A DNA stretch of 64,000 nt from Pecten maximus. Its lineage: Eukaryota. Under the pieces are notes generated by a model, which made no database searches, was not told the origin of the DNA, and saw only the letters and a list, made by a program, of their open reading frames with translations. Position numbers and translations under genes: made by a program. This document shows, one piece after another, positions 13,146 to 24,262 of this stretch. Location of the stretch: positions 30,595,465 through 30,659,464 of the forward strand of contig NC_047022.1 of assembly GCF_902652985.1 (NCBI RefSeq). The letters run 5' to 3'. Numbering within the stretch: position 1 is the first letter of the stretch; each line of letters starts with the position of its first letter.

Positions 13146-14209
13146 CTATAAGAAACAGTGGCACACGTAAATAAATCTTGAGGATCACGCCACAGAGAGC
13201 TGTTACATAGGTACCATATCCAGACCTAACACTAATAAATATTATCATGTGTGAGTTAATAAGTAATATGACGTCGCACATATAATCTCCTCAGAAAAAC
13301 ATGAGAAAAATAAGAAGTGTGGCAAGATTCATGAAAATCTGTAGCTGCAGTCTGCAGAGCAAGGATAGCTAAAATTCTATTTATAGTAACAGTGAACACA
13401 TTACTGGGGTGATGGTAATGAGACGATAATCATTCCAATAAAGTTTGAATTATTCTGTAAGCTGTATTAATAAATATAAACCCTACCATATCCGCACCAG
13501 CACTGTAGTGATATATCTCGATTAAAGAAATTCACAATTTAGCACCTGAGGATCTTTCCATTCATTATGAGTAGCAATGAGACCTTAAATGAGTTGTCAT
13601 GTCATATGAGATTATGAAAATGAGTCTTAGAAGTTTTCAGTTTTGTGAGCCTCGGCAAGCAAAAATCAAAACTATGTGATGAGTTTCGTAAAAATTTCAT
13701 ATGAAAACAAATTTAAGATACGTTTTTATCATATCACTCATTACAAGAAAATGACATTTTAATAGGTTTTAAAGTCTGACTTGAAATGTGGTCGGAAAAG
13801 TCAAACGGAGACCATGATGTAACGTCATAAGAACATTATCTAATGACATCACACTCGATTTCTGACTGGTGCAGCCAATTAGATATGCTCCAGGGTATAC
13901 TACACCAGTGATATATATGTAAAAATATTACACTGGATAACAGGCAGATGATGTGATATTAGGATTAATGGGAATGAAAAAGTTGGAAGTTTCAGCAGAT
14001 ATATTTTAATTAGTCACACATGGCTATGTGTAGGAAACAATATAGTTTGTCTGTATTCCAGAAACCTTTTGAAAAATTCTACTGAAGCTGATTAGTCTTT
14101 GAAATAAAGTTAAAATATTGACTGTCTACATACACAAGACAAATGATGGACAAAAGGTGATCAACAAAGTTCACATGATTGTAAATTATCTGAGGCAACC
14201 TAACCATAC

Positions 14210-14282
14210 CTGTAAAAGTCCTCGTAGAAACGACCCTGGTAGTCCACCTGTATACAGTCTCTTACACCAGGTGGGAATTCCT
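14210..14282 (-). CDS. DEPDC5: DEPDC5 exon I ([23 protein letters not shown])
   Basis: Acceptor tttcacag| (first AG of an AGAG pair), donor TTACAG|gtatgg. Matches '[23 protein letters not shown]'. Confidence 0.85.
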
Positions 14283-15028
14283 CTGTGAAACAAAGTGTGT
14301 AAAGTAAATTACAGGTATAACCAAAGTATGCTATCAGGATCAGCTACATCCGGCACATTCCATCTTTTTACCTTTTTTTGTTTTTAAAAATGTCATTAAA
14401 AGTCATTTATAGGATCTATGATTATCTTACTTCAGAGCCATGTCTGCTAAATTTGAAAACTGAGGATCAGAGCAATGTGGTAATAATCGAAAAAAATTTC
14501 AGCGTCCTGTTTTACTTCTCGGGAGATATGGCTACTATATGCATATTACGTTTTAGGAAAACCTGAATGCATGATATTGTTGATCGACTACAATGTGTAC
14601 ACTGCTATTAGGGGTACGAGTCATCTTGCCCCAAACACAGGCATGTCGTGTCAGATTGGTGACAATGCCTACATTACTTCAGAAGATAGGAATATTGAAA
14701 TGATACTGCAACAATCAGGGAAGCCTCTATAAGATAGAGGGCGAGTAATTAAAGCCAATTAGATTTCAAATAATTTCATTTAATTCTGTCCAAAAAGTGA
14801 TCAAATATGGTAACATAACGGAAATAAATAAAGCCCACAAGCTTTCTGTAACTTCTAGTTCAAAGTCAATACATTACATTGTTTCTTTACATTTATCTCA
14901 CACATGTGCATTCGTACACATTTGGTTCATGGTCTTATGAATCAAAACAGCTTAATACTAGGTTTACAAAAGTGACATGTACATGTGGCCATAATGATTA
15001 TGTACAATTTTATGAAGTACAAGAATAC

Positions 15029-15098
15029 CTCTAGATGACGCTTTGTAGAAAGTCCTGGAGAACAGTACTATAGTAACATCATGTAGACAGTTCTGGGT
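15029..15098 (-). CDS. DEPDC5: DEPDC5 exon H ([23 protein letters not shown])
   Basis: Acceptor tttttattacag|, donor AGAG|gtattc (weak donor). Matches '[23 protein letters not shown]'. Phase 1 links it to exon I. Confidence 0.8.
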
Positions 15099-15811
15099 CT
15101 GTAATAAAAACAATGAAGGACTCATCTATTAATAGCCTGGGCATTGTTATTTTTAACTGACTTTTTAAGACTATCTGGAGAAACATTTATGCTATGAATA
15201 AATGTAAAAATACTTCATGGATGATGGTGAAAAATTAGTTTGATCATATTGTCAGCATTTCAAAAAGATCAAGGAAAAACAGGGTACTGTGCAAACGGGG
15301 AACATCATGGAAAAAGTGAAGACATCAAATCCATTGAGATGCCTGAGATGCCATACTACATTGATTACAAAAAGAATTTTTTCAAAATTATTAAAAAATA
15401 AAAAAGATAAAAATTAGTGAACTTTGACTCATCAGCGATGATCTTAATTTGACGTTTTTAGTAATATAATGTAATGGGGAAAAATTAGCACAAAAGGTTA
15501 TCTACAAATAATACACTTGCATGTACTCTGTAAAATCAATGATTTTTTAGTTAAGGGTGTTTAAAATTTTGACCTAAGACATCATAGCTGTCATATTGGA
15601 TTCATGATTGACTTAGAAATGCTGCTGAAACATCTTAAGACCTTGACCTATGACATACTTAAAAGACTATCAGCCTATCTTTTACCAATCAAAAGATAAA
15701 GATGTACGCCACTTAAATGGAAGAAGAATAACAAGAAACATTACAAACTATCATTAAAATATCTTGCTTCATTTTTTGCTCTAAGTTTACTAAACACGTT
15801 TACTATATTAC

Positions 15812-15952
15812 CTTCCATTTGGCAAATAAGTCGGTCAGAAATCCATTTACAGCTTTTTCAAAGTACAAGTCACCATTGATATCAAAGTCCCACATTTCAG
15901 AACTCATCTGAATGAAGATCTGGACAACTGCTGTTGATGATCTAAACACAAT
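15812..15952 (-). CDS. DEPDC5: DEPDC5 exon G ([47 protein letters not shown])
   Basis: Acceptor cttgttacag|, donor TGGAAG|gtaata. Near-identical to human '[47 protein letters not shown]'. Confidence 0.92.
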
Positions 15953-16724
15953 CTGTAACAAGGCATTACCATGACAACAACAGGAGGTAAGTAAGGTAAC
16001 ACAGCTATACTAACACACCATTCATATCTGGCAACTAGACAATGCAGCGAATTACAGTCCTCACCGAATGTGAAGTTGTATGCCAAGAATACACAGATGA
16101 ATATTTACTGTAAGGGTTGTCTTTTTACCATGAAGTTAGAACTGGAGCCACCTATTCATTATTTGATTGCATTTGGTGGTATGGATTTTAGTGATATTAC
16201 TAATTTTATATCAGAATTCAAATGTGAAAACAAAAAAAAATCAAAGAGGCGATGCGACTAATTTGATAAATGATAATGCCCATTATATGGTGTAAAATCA
16301 TTTGTGCTTGTTTGAACTGATAATATAACTTCAAATTTGGCAGTTTACCAATTTAATTGGTTAAATACTGAATTTGATACTGTTTCCTGAACTAGAAATA
16401 TTTGATACCTGAATCCACTAAATTGTATTTAAAAGGAAATATTACACCTTGTGTATACATACAGATGTATCAGGATCAGACTGTATGGAAACTAAATAAC
16501 TATGTCAATGTATTACAAACATACATGGAAGAAAGAATCTGGTTGGTTTTTTTCAATGCCCCAGGTATGAAGTGCCAGTGTTGAGAAGCATGGAAGATTA
16601 TTTTATGTAGGTCAAAGGTCAAAATGTGTTACCCAACACACCACTTTGTTTAAGAAAAGTGTAGGAGATAGAGCCAGGACAAGATGATGTGTGGACGGAC
16701 GGACACAACGTAAAACTATAGCCC

Positions 16725-16748
16725 CCCCCCCCCCCCCCCCCCCCCCCT
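16725..16748. repeat. Poly-C homopolymer (C24)
   Basis: Read directly from the sequence. Confidence 0.99.
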
Positions 16749-16826
16749 CAATCCCCTAACAAGGTGTCTCCAGTAATTATACCATCAGTTATATGGTCAC
16801 CACTAGCCAACATCTTAATAACTTAC

Positions 16827-16896
16827 CCTTGTGTCGTCAGTAATCATACCACATGTCACACGGTCACCTTTCGCCCAGAGCTCGTTAACCTGGGCC
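16827..16896 (-). CDS. DEPDC5: DEPDC5 exon F (AQVNELWAKGDRVTCGMITDDTR)
   Basis: Acceptor tttgcag|, donor ACAAGG|gtaagt. Matches '[23 protein letters not shown]'. Confidence 0.88.
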
Positions 16897-17507
16897 CTGC
16901 AAACAATATTTAATATGTTGAACATTTTGTTGATCAAAATAAAGAAATGAAACAAAAATACCTAAATAGTAAATGTCAAAAAAGTCAAATCTCATTATCT
17001 CCAAGTCTGTTTGGTCATGAAAAAGTTTCAAGATATCCCAAGTGAGTATATTTTATACAGAATTTTTACTGTCAGGGCTGAATTTTTACTGTTGGGACTG
17101 AATTCTTACTTTGAGTTAAGCTGAGTCTTTGAGTTATCAGAGTTCGTGACAACAAAATTTGACTTACAAATATAAATGGCCTGTCTCTTTCTGGTGAAAG
17201 TAGACAAGGATCAAGTTTAATTTCTAGAATACAAAGTTACCGGGTAATGATGAATTATTTACCAAATTTGATGTGTTGAACATCCAGATTAAAAAACAAG
17301 AAACAAAAAAACTTAGCTGCAGGCTACCTCTTGAAATGACTTTTTCAATCCAAAAATTGAACATTGTCATATCTGTTTTGTAAAAAACATGCAATTATTA
17401 ATGAATTTTAAAACATGTTTCTTTACATACCACTCCTTATTAATATCTGTTATAAAACCCTCAAAGGAATAGACAAATGTTAGACTTTGTATTAATGATA
17501 ACATCAC

Positions 17508-17641
17508 CTCATCTGAGCAGCTTCTATCTTCTTGGTAAGATAAGCACAGGTGTTGACAAGACCATGTCGAAGTCGCCACATGTCACTACGACTGAGGTAC
17601 TGGTCTTTAAACAGGAGCTCCACAAGATCAAGCGCAACATC
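17508..17641 (-). CDS. DEPDC5: DEPDC5 exon E ([44 protein letters not shown])
   Basis: Acceptor ccttgacag|, donor GATGAG|gtgatg. Frame anchored to the ORF-track entry 17367..17579. Matches '[45 protein letters not shown]'. Confidence 0.9.
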
Positions 17642-18198
17642 CTGTCAAGGTCAAATCAAGGTCATTAACATTTCTGTTGTATATGAATATTAGAGGTTTA
17701 ATGAATCAAGCAATATAATTATGTTGATGTTGTTAAAGTTTCCTTCTGTTGTCTATTGAGGCTACTCATACCTTGATGGAAATTCAGTAAGGGGGAGGGC
17801 TGGAGACACAATGTCCCAGAAGGTAGAGAATTGTAGCAATCCAGACAAATCTGCCGTGGATACAGGTGTATACATGAAGTCTCACCAAATTCCAGGTAAT
17901 GTATACGTAAAAACAGTGAGTCTAACACAAAGATTTATTCAATGGTCTGATTTATTGGAGAGTGAAAACATGAAAACAACACTCTCCAATAAATCTGACT
18001 TACTAAAAGTACATCACCCATTTCTTTTTGTATTTACAGTTAGTTCATTTTTCTGTTACATTTTTTTTTTTTATTAATCTTGATACCAACACACAACAAT
18101 GTTGTTTATGTGTTTTTCTACCACAATACCCTGTGTTATTCAACTCTCAGACCATCAGTTAATCATTACAGCTGTTGATTAACAATCTGTTTATACCA

Positions 18199-18350
18199 CA
18201 CGTGGTATAAACTCTGTACGCATTTTGATTGGCTAACACGGTGAACTTTGACCCAAGCTGCAATTGTTATTGACGTCATCAATAATCTAATGACGTCACA
18301 TCACCGGGTCCCGAACGTCACCGGTACACTTTATTTGCATACGCGAAATT
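18199..18350. promoter_or_regulatory. Dense cluster of transcription-factor motifs inside a DEPDC5 intron: a palindromic E-box CACGTG (18199-18204), inverted CCAAT (ATTGG 18228-18232), two CRE palindromes TGACGTCA (18271-18278 and 18291-18298), and the octamer ATTTGCAT (18343-18350)
   Basis: Read directly from the sequence. The region contains CpGs, unlike its AT-rich surroundings. Confidence 0.5.
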
Positions 18351-19019
18351 ATACTTGGCCACGTTTCCCTTTGATTCAAACCGATATTATTGTGGTAGAA
18401 ACAGGTCACACGACTCGAAATTGTTGGATATAGAATTTATTCCATATTCCATATCCAACAACCACTCGTTGTGTAACCTCTATATACATGGCTGTTGAGT
18501 AATACTGTTGTCTGGCTATACATTTAATACATCAAAATTTAAATAATAGAGTACATCTGGGCACTCCTATTGTTCTTTTGTAAGAACAAAGTGTTCTGGT
18601 TGGTGTGCTTATTAGGTCGAATATGGTACACGTTAGATACACAAAAAGGATACCCACAAGTAAACAAAACTAACTCTAACTCAACACCAATCAATTAGAG
18701 GCAAAATCAGAACAAAATATAGAATTACAATGAAAACAGTTGAAATAAGTCAAGAGTGCCCTGCATACCATGTGGTATCCTCCTGAGACCTAGAAGACAA
18801 ACTTTTTCCTAAACTACACTGAATGGACGTTGGTTCTTTGGGGATTTCCCCACTTTCATTTAAGTTTGAATAAGTGTTACCTAATGCTATTTTTTGACTC
18901 TTTGGTAAATAAGTTGACACAAATGCTTAATGAGTTTAAATAGGAAAGTGTATGATATGCTGAACAATGATTTTGGCTTAGAAGACAGAGATGACAACTG
19001 CCTATTAAGTCCTTAGCCA

Positions 19020-19560
19020 TAGAATGTTCCCCGAAGGCAGGGATGACAACTAAACTGCCTATTAAGTCCCAAGCCATACAACTAAACTACCTATTAAGTC
19101 CCTAGCCATACAACTAAACTACCTATTAAGTCCCTAGCCATACAACTAAACTACCTATTAAGTCCCTAGCCATACAACATTCTCTGATGGCAGGGATGGC
19201 AACTAAACTGTATACATGTATTAAGTTCATAGCCATACCTGCAGCCTCAAAAGGATAAGATGACATCTAAATAACATATGAAGGTCATAACCATACAACA
19301 TCTTCAAAAGACAGAGATGACAACTAAACTGTCTATTAAGTCTGATCTATAGCCATATGGCATCCTCAGAAGACAGGGATGACAACTGAACTGCCTTTTA
19401 AGGCCTTCACCATACAACAGTATCGAAAGGCAGAAGATGACAGCTTTATTACATATTAAGGTCATAGCCATACCACAGCTTCTGAATCACAAGGTAGAGA
19501 TGACAACTAAACTGCATATTAAGGTCATAGCCAGACAATGAATGACAACTAAACAGCCTA
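19020..19560. repeat. Imperfect minisatellite of about 31 bp (..aactaaactacctattaagtccctagccatac..), degenerate at its edges
   Basis: Repeated 'gatgacaactaaactgcctattaag.c..agccatac' blocks. Confidence 0.8.
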
Positions 19561-19613
19561 TTAAGGCCATAATGCAGACAAAGGCCTCAGTAGACTGTGA
19601 AGATATACCATAC

Positions 19614-19699
19614 CTTAGGGCTGACTTTACTGACATGGACTTCTTTGTAAGCTCGCAGCTGGAACTGTGTAGCTATTGACTGCTCTATACTTATGGTAT
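19614..19699 (-). CDS. DEPDC5: DEPDC5 exon D (TISIEQSIATQFQLRAYKEVHVSKVSPK)
   Basis: Acceptor attttgcag|, donor CCTAAG|gtatgg. Matches '[28 protein letters not shown]'. Confidence 0.85.
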
Positions 19700-19968
19700 C
19701 TGCAAAATCATCAATAAAATATACATATATAGGATGAAAACAAAAGATTTTTTTAGTGTAATGAAGTGATTATGGGCTTGTCTCTGATGATTTATTTTGC
19801 ACTCAAATAAAAAGTTATACTACTTTTTATTGTGAAAACAAATGCCTACAGTTTGCATTAATTATTTTTAACAGAATATACCTTAGACAATTTTAGGGAT
19901 CATTTGTAGCTCTTCCATTTATATATACATACAATGGGGAATTAAGAATATAACCAATAATAGATTAC

Positions 19969-20018
19969 CTTTCTGATTAAAGTCATCAGAGAGAGCAGTA
20001 ACTTGCAGCAACAGACGA
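19969..20018 (-). CDS. DEPDC5: DEPDC5 exon C (RLLLQVTALSDDFNQK)
   Basis: Acceptor cctttttcag|, donor AAAG|gtaatc. Matches 'PLLLQVKSLKEDLQKE'. Confidence 0.85.
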
Positions 20019-20217
20019 CTGAAAAAGGAAAACAAACAACAAAATAAACAAGACATCACAAATTATACTAAATCATCATGATTTGAAGTGCTTAGTACCT
20101 ACAAAATCTTTTTACCATGACCAGGGACTAAATAGCAGTTTATTTATCACTAGCCATATATAAATGTGAGTCTGTAGACCAAGGACTCCAAACTTCTACT
20201 TACTACTAACTTTGTAT

Positions 20218-20690
20218 AGTTATGGTAACCTTATTTTCAACATCATAAGGTTGATGATATGACCTTGTCAAAATCATAAGGTTGGTGATATGACCTTGTT
20301 AAAATCATAAGGTTGGTGATATGACCTTGTTAAAATCATAGGGTTGGTGATATGACCTTGTTAAAATCATAAGGTTGATGATATGACCTTGTCCACATCA
20401 TAAGGTTGATGATATGACCTTGTCCACCATCATAAGGTTGATGATATGACCTTGTTAAAATCATAGGGTTGGTGATATGACCTTGTCCACATCATAAGGT
20501 TGGTGATATGACCTTGTCCACATCATAAGGTTGATGATATGATCTTGTCCACATCATAAGGTTGATGATATGACCTTGTCCACATCATAAGGTTGATGAT
20601 ATGACCTTGTCCACATCATAAGGTTGGTGATATGACCTTGTCCACATCATAAGGTTGATGATATGACCTTGTCCACATCATAACGTTGAT
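20218..20690. repeat. 31-bp minisatellite (catcataaggttgatgatatgaccttgtcca), about 15 copies, in the DEPDC5 B-C intron
   Basis: Visible periodicity. Confidence 0.95.
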
Positions 20691-20804
20691 AATTTGCAAG
20701 ACTTAAGGTAACAATATACTGTAATTAAAGATCAACAAACTTCAACAACATACTAGTTAGCTATAAAACACTTGCACATGAATTGCAACTAGCTTTATGT
20801 TTAC

Positions 20805-20892
20805 CTGTATTCATCTTCAGGGTGGTAGATCTCTAAGACATCTCCTTTGATCACATTAGGGAAATCTTTAGGGTTGATAAGAATGTCATCAC
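20805..20892 (-). CDS. DEPDC5: DEPDC5 exon B (DDILINPKDFPNVIKGDVLEIYHPEDEY)
   Basis: Acceptor gatttcag|, donor TACAG|gtaaac. Matches human '[30 protein letters not shown]'. Confidence 0.85.
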
Positions 20893-21280
20893 CTGAAATC
20901 AGATGTAATCTGTCACTTCCACCTACTGCATGTTTGAGGAACAGCTTTCAATGCACATGTATACATGTACAATAAAGGTGGTGTTATAACAGGGGGACGA
21001 CTCTACCAATATACTGTATATGACTTAAGACCATGTTCATGGTTGGACCTGGATATTATTAATTCTTTTATGGGAATGCCCTATTCATTAGATACCAATA
21101 AGCTTTTCAGCATTCTATATGTTAACAAATTAATAAAAGAACTTTAACTTAAAGAGTTACAATTATTATCAAAAGTTATTTTTTTTTAAATCCTAATATA
21201 AATTTCATGATGTCTTAAGAAAACTATTTTTCATTACATTTTGTAAGGATACAGTCCTGGCACTTCTTAAAGAGGCTTAC

Positions 21281-21340
21281 CCGCAGAAGGACCGGTAAAC
21301 GGCACATCTCCGATCACTAAATAAACTTCAGTACACGTTT
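21281..21340 (-). CDS. DEPDC5: DEPDC5 coding exon A (..TCTEVYLVIGDVPFTGPSAG; matches human DEPDC5 'TTKVYKLVIHKKGFGGSDD'). No ATG in this exon; there is an in-frame stop 8 codons upstream, so an acceptor at ..tgtcacatag| is implied.
   Basis: Acceptor ..tgtcacatag|, donor GCGG|gtaagc. Phase agrees with exon B. Family-level similarity to the DEPDC5 N-terminus. Confidence 0.7.
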
Positions 21341-21555
21341 CTATGTGACAAAATTAGAGGCTTTCCGACTTTATTTCTTGAAAACAATTACAGAATATGT
21401 ATTTAAAAGACGTTTTAAAACTCAACCTGAGAGGGAAATGTATGGAATATAACGGCAAATCTTCTTTGTAAATCGCCGCTGCCTTTGAAGTTATCACTGT
21501 GCGGCACTGTGCACGTGCTTGTTTCTTTGATGTGTCAATCATAAATTAGACTCCA

Positions 21556-21563
21556 CTTTATAG
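21556..21563 (-). promoter_or_regulatory. TATAAAG box (minus strand) in a CpG-containing segment about 200 bp upstream of DEPDC5 exon A. This is the putative DEPDC5 core promoter.
   Basis: Minus-strand sequence ..ccgcgatccgcgataagtccccgcTATAAAGtggagtc. This is the only CpG-dense stretch near the 5'-most DEPDC5 exon. Confidence 0.45.
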
Positions 21564-22439
21564 CGGGGACTTATCGCGGATCGCGGAAAATGAAATGAAA
21601 AACTCAATAATTCCAACAATCAGTCATGTGTAAAAAATCTTTTTCTGATCTCTCTGCGGGCAAGCCTCTTTAACTATGATGGTTTTAGATTTGTTGAATT
21701 AATTACTTTAACATTTGAGCGTAACTTTTTTTTTCACTGCAATCATATATAAGGGTTATCACGTCATGATCACCTTTAGTAACTAGTTAAGACAACAATG
21801 ATTGTAAAGCTCATCAGCGGCAGCCACTGCAAAATGCATAATACTAAAATTTTGATAACTTATTAGGATATAAATTCTCAATGCCCAATTAATGCATCCA
21901 ATAAAAAAACATGTATATTTTTATGAACTTGATTAAAATTCTAAAAATAATCTCAACAAACTCAGATTTATCGCACAATTGAATTCAAATATGGGTAAAT
22001 TCAGGAAAAAATTCTAAATACTTCCAACACTCAATTGTCATTTTATCATACCTGGACATGTAATGAATAAATATACCAAATTAGAAGGGTATGGAATGTA
22101 TATTTATGAAACTGGAAGCTTTTGAAAAACTTTAAAGATAGTTTTGATGCAAAAATAGGTTAACCAAATTATTTTGCCTTAACATCACTCCTAGACCTCT
22201 ATCTATCAGAATGTCTACCGGGTCAGACTGGTGTCAGGGCCAGAGGAAACTGTTTACATCATTCCTTGACCTCTAATAACTGTTATATACCAGATTGGTC
22301 AGGGTGTATAATCATGGACTTGGAGGCCTTCCAAAAACTCAATCCCAAGGGTGGGTAGCTGACATTGAGGCCTGGGCAACATAATTAGCTCATGGTAATT
22401 GTAACCAGTTAACTAAAAGCTGCAACTTTAAAATTGAGG

Positions 22440-22570
22440 GTATAAGGCCACTTTATTAGCTTTGGCTAGCAGGTATTTCCCTTTAGCTTAGTGGTAGGAT
22501 GTTAGTCTTGAGAGCAAGAGATTGCTGGTTGGAGGCCCACCCAAGTAGGGTATTTTTAATTACTCATTCC
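22440..22570 (+). mobile_element. tRNA-derived SINE-like element (A-box TAGCTTAGTGG, B-box-like GGTTGGAGGCCC)
   Basis: ..tagcttagtggtaggatg..ggttggaggcccaccc.. It does not fold as a canonical tRNA. Confidence 0.45.
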
Positions 22571-24184
22571 TATTACAGATTGGGTGCTGTTGACTACTCC
22601 AAGTGAAAGCTATATACTGTTTAAGAGATGGAGAGACATCCTCTGAGCCAAGAACCTTTGGGGGATGAGGACTTTGCGAAGGAAGGAATAGCTAGTGTAA
22701 AAGTGAAGAAGGTAAGGTCACCTTAACAGCTCAGGTTAGCAGAAATATAACCAAAACTGCTTATATAGCCTGTGTTCTCATTAAAACCTGGTTGTAGTCA
22801 AAAAGAAAAACAGCACGATATTCCTCGACTTGAAACCAGCTGTACTTTTCAGGATATGTACAGGCTAATTTTACACCAGCAATATACATTCAACCAGCTA
22901 CGTGTATTTTATAAAATATACCACCTGTTTAAAAACTTATTGAAAACACCAAACAGCCATACTTGCAGTACCTGTTAAAAGTCGCCTAAAGTTGATTATT
23001 TTAATTCGCACAGGCCAGGTATGAGAAAAATATTTTGATAACCATGGACAGTTGTAGGTCCCTCTGCTTGTCTATACATCATAATAGCTTAAAAACCCAG
23101 ACCTGGACGAAAAAGTAATAATAGGCTAGGGTTACATAATTGACTCGCATAAACTTATTTTGTTGCATGCTTCTATACTAGTTAGTTAGAGACCATGGTT
23201 GACTTAGATGAACGAGTGTAGCATATATTATGTATAGCTCTATACAGGTGTTTATCCACCCAAGATGCATCGCCGTGGCCTGAACTTGTCTTCGCCGATG
23301 TCAACTCGGTGATTCGGTGATTATTGGAGGTTTTGATGAGTTCAATGTGAATGAGGACCCAGCATTCACTTCTGAACTGTTAACATACCGGTGTCATTGT
23401 ATTTTCGGTTATGTACCCATAACTTCAATGTCCTCATCTTTGACTTGACTCAAAATGCAAATTATATTAAGCTCATTTTTGGATTTTTGAAGTGAACTTT
23501 GCAACACAGCAGACAAAATCATCACTGATCCACAGCTGATGGAACTTTTTCCATACACTCTTACACGAATTTTGATTGGACGACTTATATGTGCGAAGAG
23601 TTTTCATTGGGTAATGTGCATGGAATAACAGGGTCTTCCCTGCGCTTGTTGGACATATTACTCGGCAGGGAATTGTGATAAACACGGAAGCCTTACGTTA
23701 ACACAGAAGCAAACCAAAACACACGGGAGAATTTTGGCCGAGTTGAGTTCCAGAAAAAGTGAAACAATGAGCTTATGAAAACAAAACAGCGAAGTGTGGA
23801 AGGAAACAAAATCGACAATGATGCCAATTGCAGGTTAATCGATTTAATTTGTCACTGGGTAGTGGGTTTTGAAATTGTACTTGCCCGATAATATGAATGA
23901 AGGCAAAGCCTTAGAAAAGCGCACCGTTAATCAAGAAGGAAACACAGGGACCTGAGAATAACAGTCTAAGAACATGTAGGGGGGCCTACCACATTTTCAG
24001 ATATTTATTCAAAACAAATAAACAACAACAAAAATATATCGTATCACTATGTACACTATTTACAATTAAAACCTGCCCCGAACACACATTAACCGTGGTT
24101 TTATCCTCAACGAAGCCTCTCATTTACCTATAGCTAACTCCTTTCACTTGGAGTGGTCAACGGCACCAAATGTAACAGAAAAGC

Positions 24185-24262
24185 AAGTAGTGTGCTTCCA
24201 CCGGGATCGAACCCGCGACCCCCGGTTTTACTAGTCGGTCGCTTTTCAGACTGAGCAAAAGG
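24185..24262 (-). mobile_element. tRNA-like pseudogene or SINE head on the minus strand (A-box-like TGCTCAGTCTG, B-box GGTTCGATCCC)
   Basis: Minus-strand sequence ..ttgctcagtctgaaaagcgaccgactagtaaaaccgggggtcgcGGGTTCGATCCCggtggaagca. The acceptor and D stems do not pair, so it is not called as a tRNA gene. Confidence 0.4.

Noticed and set aside
14580-14650. Alternative candidate for the small DEPDC5 exon between exons G and I (..NSSVHIVVDQQYHAF)
   Set aside because: Its phase is incompatible with exon I and its similarity is poor. The exon at 15029-15098 ([16 protein letters not shown]) fits both phase and homology.
21354-21542. Minus-strand ORF MIDTSKKQARAQCRTVITSK... as the DEPDC5 N-terminus
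   Set aside because: It has no similarity to DEPDC5. It cannot be spliced in frame to exon A, and the TATA box sits only ~20 bp upstream of its ATG. It is probably a leader sequence or upstream ORF.
24185-24262. Possible tRNA gene (GGTTCGATCCC T-loop)
   Set aside because: The acceptor and D stems do not pair and no anticodon arm can be drawn. It was called only as a tRNA-derived SINE or pseudogene.
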